Source of the DNA: Clostridia bacterium
GTDB lineage: Bacteria > Bacillota > Clostridia > Oscillospirales > CAG-272
Length of the DNA: 64,000 bases
Assembly: GCA_017407225.1 (NCBI GenBank)
Contig: JAFQWY010000128.1
Location: 15,365-79,364 of the forward strand
Reading direction: 5' to 3'
In this document: positions 63,735-64,000 of the stretch, piece after piece
How positions within the stretch are numbered: the first letter of the stretch is position 1
Layout: each line of letters opens with the position of its first letter
Translations under genes and position numbers: made by a program
The notes under the pieces: model-generated
What the model saw: only the letters and a program-made list of their open reading frames with translations
What the model was told of the DNA's origin: nothing
The model's database searches: none

Positions 63735-64000
63735 ACAAGAAAAGCACCCTCCGACTGTGGGAAAAGCCAAACAGTCAGGGGGTGCATACCAATCACGAAA
63801 AATGCACGGTTCCACTTTGATGGGACAGGGATCACGGTTCGGTGATGCTGTCCGTTTTCGGATTCCAACAAATCCTATCCTTTGACGCAGGAATACGGCA
63901 GCGCTTACTCTACTTTCGGCACTGCAGCTCAGGAGCGGTCTTCACCCATGCTTCCCATAAGAAACTTCCACCATCTGTTTCTCTCTCTGTCTGTTCCGCA
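63735..64000 (-). promoter_or_regulatory. T-box riboswitch leader of thrS (may extend beyond the window edge)
   Basis: Read on the minus strand: AGAGAG and GGGUGAAG stem-I-like elements. A T-box-like sequence AAAGUGGAACCGUGC (63804..63818). A terminator follows, with an imperfect stem of about 14 bp (63745..63784) and a U-rich tail. A candidate Thr specifier ACC lies at 63937..63939 and is not firmly assigned. Confidence 0.6.

Noticed and set aside
1-64000. I searched by eye for tRNA/rRNA genes, CRISPR arrays, transposases, integrases, phage genes, toxin-antitoxin pairs and known defence-system genes.
   Set aside because: None were found. All substantial ORFs are accounted for by metabolic, transport, glycan-degrading, envelope or RiPP-like functions, and intergenic regions are short and explained by promoters or terminators.

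Overview
This is a gene-dense, moderately GC-rich chromosomal segment that looks like a Clostridia-type Firmicute. The evidence is GGAGG-type RBSs, near-consensus sigma-A promoters, a T-box leader on thrS, Cps-type tyrosine kinase and phosphatase genes, and NifS/NifU. I support about 46 protein-coding genes, one T-box leader, and many intrinsic terminators and promoters. I saw no rRNA, tRNA, CRISPR array, transposase, integrase or phage genes.

Functional content, from left to right:
- A bifunctional aldolase/SDR.
- Secreted or intracellular glycan-degrading enzymes: GH127-like, GH20, GH38, DUF4091/GH123-like, and two GH42-like proteins.
- A 1705-aa secreted fibro-slime (PA14-like) domain protein.
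- A capsule/EPS regulatory module: a CpsB phosphatase, two tandem fused Wzz/BY-kinases, an S24/S26 peptidase and an LCP protein.
- TldD/PmbA.
- A three-subunit molybdenum hydroxylase next to a FecBCD-type ABC importer and a P-loop/MocA fusion.
- An AraC regulator with two URO-D-family genes and an M20 amidohydrolase.
- nifS-nifU-rrf2, livJHMGF, capD, an SGNH hydrolase and thrS.

The most unusual element is a compact four-gene minus-strand operon (about 7.06-9.75 kb). It encodes a stand-alone PqqD-type RRE, an 85-aa Cys-containing acidic peptide, an HPr-kinase-like P-loop protein and a radical SAM/SPASM enzyme. The peptide has a lasso-type leader signature (YxxPxM...T) and a C-terminal Ser-Ser. 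The first Cys of the radical SAM CX3CX2C motif is replaced by Tyr. This looks like a lasso-type recognition and phosphorylation module coupled to a radical SAM maturase, with no lasso cyclase, protease or exporter.

Other notable non-coding signals:
- A 42-nt near-perfect palindrome upstream of the GH20 promoter.
- A promoter-proximal intrinsic terminator (a candidate riboswitch or attenuator) ahead of a metallophosphoesterase gene.
- A 24-nt direct repeat duplicating a -35 region next to the AraC regulator.

All functional calls come from motif recognition by eye. No searches were run.
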